From contig CATQHZ020000001.1 in the NCBI GenBank assembly GCA_958296135.2, forward strand, positions 352,001 through 416,000: 64,000 nt of DNA, read 5' to 3'. This DNA is from an uncultured Poribacteria bacterium. Lineage in GTDB: Bacteria; Poribacteria; WGA-4E; WGA-3G. The first letter of the stretch is position 1; each line of letters begins with the position of its first letter. Of the stretch, positions 61,698 through 64,000 are shown in pieces. The position numbers and the translations under genes are program-made. The notes under the pieces were generated by a model. That model ran no database searches. It saw nothing but the letters and a program-made list of their open reading frames with translations, and was not told the origin of the DNA.

Positions 61698-62051
61698 TTA
61701 CTCACCATCCTCGGTGCTCTCCTCATCCACGATGACGGTGATATGGCTGTGCCGTTTTAAAATCCGGTTCGCCATACCCCGTGCCCGGGGACGTATCCAT
61801 TTCCGCGTCACACCCTCGTCAACGCGAATCGCCTTGACGTATAAATCTGATATGTCCACACTCGGATCCTTATACTGCGCATTGGCAGAAGCCGATTGGA
61901 TCAGTTTATAGATGATGGGTGATGCCGCTTTATGCGTAAAGCGTAATTGACTCAACGCATCCTCAACGTACTGATTGCGGACAAGATCGGCTACAAGGCG
62001 GGCTTTCCGCGGTGCAACCGACGCATTCCGAATCCTAGCTCTGGCTTCCAT
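61698..62051 (-). CDS. rplV: 50S ribosomal protein L22
   Basis: PRKARLVADLVR; RPRARG; SHITV. Confidence 0.97.
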   Translation of the reverse strand: MEARARIRNASVAPRKARLVADLVRNQYVEDALSQLRFTHKAASPIIYKLIQSASANAQYKDPSVDISDLYVKAIRVDEGVTRKWIRPRARGMANRILKRHSHITVIVDEESTEDGE

Positions 62052-62265
62052 CAGTGCTCTCCTAACAAAAGCGGTTTTTATTTCTCCCCGAAGGGAGTCC
62101 CAGCATCCTTTCCTCTCGGTATCAGGGCGCGTCACCCTTAATGTGATGCGAACTGAGGGGCAACAGCGGGGATGCCGGCTCGCCGCTTTGCAGCCATATA
62201 AACTAGGGCTCACGCAAAATTCCGTACGCCTCCTCGGAGGGGTGTTCTGTGTCAGCCCTGTTAAA

Positions 62266-62535
62266 TTACCTTCTTGAACCACCCGCGTGAGAACGGAAAG
62301 TCCGAGTCGGCGCGAACTCGCCGAGCTTATGCCCTACCATGTTCTCCGTAATATACACCGGAAAAAACTTTTTCCCGTTGTAAATCGCAAGCGTATGCCC
62401 AATCAATTCTGGCGTAACCGTCGAACGGCGCGACCAGGTGCGAATAACTCGCTTCGTTCCAGATCGTTCCATGGAGGCAACCTTCTTCGCAAGTTTGGCA
62501 TCGATGTAAGGGCCCTTCTTGATAGAACGCGGCAT
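62266..62535 (-). CDS. rpsS: 30S ribosomal protein S19
   Basis: RSIKKGP; TWSRRS; [11 protein letters not shown]. Confidence 0.98.
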   Translation of the reverse strand: MPRSIKKGPYIDAKLAKKVASMERSGTKRVIRTWSRRSTVTPELIGHTLAIYNGKKFFPVYITENMVGHKLGEFAPTRTFRSHAGGSRR

Positions 62536-62547
62536 AGCCTACCTCCT

Positions 62548-63366
62548 CTACTTTTTCCGCTTTCCAACGATGTAGCGGCTTGATTTTTTCTTCGGGTTTC
62601 GTGTCTTATACCCTTTCGTCGGAACACCCCACGGCGTGACCGGATGTCTACCGCCGGAGCTCTTCCCTTCACCACCGCCATGCGGATGGTCGATCGGGTT
62701 CATCGCGACCCCTCTCACTTTCGGACGCTTGCCCAGCCATCTGGCACGTCCCGCCTTGCCAATGACAATTTTGCTGACGTTGCCAACCTGTCCGAGTGTT
62801 GCCATGGCTTGCACTAGAATCAACCGAATTTCGCCTGACGGTAGGCGGATACGGGCATATTTTCCTTCGCGATCTACTAGTTGGGCAGCCCCGCCTGCGC
62901 TACGCACGAGCTGTCCACCTTTCCCAGGGCGCATCTCAATGTTATGGATTGATGAACCCAGCGGAATCTTTTCAAGCGGCAAGGCGTTCCCAACCCGAAT
63001 CTCAGCGTCCGCACCCGAATTCAACATGTCGCCTACCTGAACGCCGACCGGGGCGAGAATATAACGCTTCTCACCGTCAACGTAGTGGAGTAGTGCGATA
63101 TGCGCTGAACGGTTCGGGTCATACTCAATTGAGGCAACTTTGGCGGGGATGCCAAACTTATCTCGCTTGAAATCGATAATCCGGTACCGGCGTTTGTGTC
63201 CCCCGCCGCGCCGTCTCACCGTCAAGCGGCCGGTAGCATTGCGCCCGGCTTTCTGCTTGGTGCCTTTGACAAGAGATTTTTCGGGTTTGCGCCGCGTAAT
63301 CTCCTCAAAGGTATATCCTGTCATAAACCGGCGGCTTGGGGTTACCGGTGAATATGTCTTAGGCAC
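62548..63366 (-). CDS. rplB: 50S ribosomal protein L2
   Basis: EYDPNRSA; [17 protein letters not shown]. Confidence 0.99.
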   Translation of the reverse strand: MPKTYSPVTPSRRFMTGYTFEEITRRKPEKSLVKGTKQKAGRNATGRLTVRRRGGGHKRRYRIIDFKRDKFGIPAKVASIEYDPNRSAHIALLHYVDGEKRYILAPVGVQVGDMLNSGADAEIRVGNALPLEKIPLGSSIHNIEMRPGKGGQLVRSAGGAAQLVDREGKYARIRLPSGEIRLILVQAMATLGQVGNVSKIVIGKAGRARWLGKRPKVRGVAMNPIDHPHGGGEGKSSGGRHPVTPWGVPTKGYKTRNPKKKSSRYIVGKRKK

Positions 63367-63463
63367 TCTCAGTCCCTCCTAAGTTCGGTTGGTTCGGGTT
63401 GTCACCGCGCCAACCACCACATGCGCGCTTGCAACACGCGCCTGCGGAAACAAGACGCGATGC

Positions 63464-63763
63464 CTATATCGCCTCAAACGCCTGGATAGTCGCGCCTTCC
63501 CTCAGCGTGATAATCGCCTTTTTCCAATGGGGCCTGCGTCCACGTTTGTAGCGGTGCATCTTCCCTTTCGGTTTTCCGCGAACCTGCATGGTATGAACGT
63601 CAATGATATCCCCTTTGAGGTCGAACAGCTCCTCAGCGGCTCGGCGGATCTGGGTTTTCGTTGCATTCCGTTTGACAACGAAAGCATACTTGTTAGCTTC
63701 GCGGAGGACAGTGCTCTTTTCCGTAATCTGTGGGTGTAGGATAACCTGATATACGTCGTTCAT
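63464..63763 (-). CDS. rplW: 50S ribosomal protein L23
   Basis: ITEKS; NATKTQI; WKKAIITL. Confidence 0.97.
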   Translation of the reverse strand: MNDVYQVILHPQITEKSTVLREANKYAFVVKRNATKTQIRRAAEELFDLKGDIIDVHTMQVRGKPKGKMHRYKRGRRPHWKKAIITLREGATIQAFEAI

Positions 63764-63837
63764 ATTTTATCCTCTATCAACAGGCCGTGTTTCACGACAC
63801 TGCTCCCGGGTGTCCCAGATAATCGACAGGGACACAC

Positions 63838-64000
63838 TTATGCTTCCGAGTTCTCTGAACCCGGCGCGACAAACTTCGCCTCAAGTTTCTCTGCCGCTTG
63901 CTCCGTGATTACCAGTCTGTCGTGCCACATGACCTGGTAAATGTTCAGCATGTCCCACGTGCAGCAGTTAACCTTCGGAATGTTCCGCACGGAGAGGTAG
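63838..64000 (-). CDS. rplD: 50S ribosomal protein L4, C-terminal part (runs off right edge)
   Basis: YLSVRNIPKV...LNIYQV...LVITEQA; expected position upstream of rplW. Confidence 0.92.
   Translation of the reverse strand, partial: YLSVRNIPKVNCCTWDMLNIYQVMWHDRLVITEQAAEKLEAKFVAPGSENSEA

Overview
This is a bacterial chromosomal window. Gene content and repeat style resemble sponge-associated Candidatus Poribacteria, but that is inference only. The right end (about 50.3-64 kb, minus strand) is the S10-spc-alpha ribosomal protein cluster from partial rplD to rplQ. It lacks rpmD, adk, map and infA and has unusually long, palindrome-filled spacers. The left 50 kb mixes housekeeping genes (glmM-like, yvcK, glnS, gltX, nfi, nadD-like, mazG, tatA, uppS, rsgA) with accessory DNA: a type II restriction-modification pair, an orphan methyltransferase, a decayed C5 methyltransferase, a truncated type IIG-like fragment, a solo TnpB and a 1344-aa BNR/YCF48-repeat protein. 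Two things stand out. (1) A dense, modular family of GTAG/GTAA-type REP palindromes and short-TIR MITEs nest inside each other, carry cargo in their loops, form tandem arrays (including a perfect 19 x 23 bp array with no spacers) and have inserted in frame into at least four genes (gltX, rsgA, an O-antigen ligase, the YCF48 protein). (2) An AT-richer island at 33.86-35.35 kb is built from three repeated leader units. Two of them precede paralogous, probably winged-helix proteins, and the non-coding blocks look better conserved than the proteins. No rRNA, tRNA or true CRISPR array was seen.
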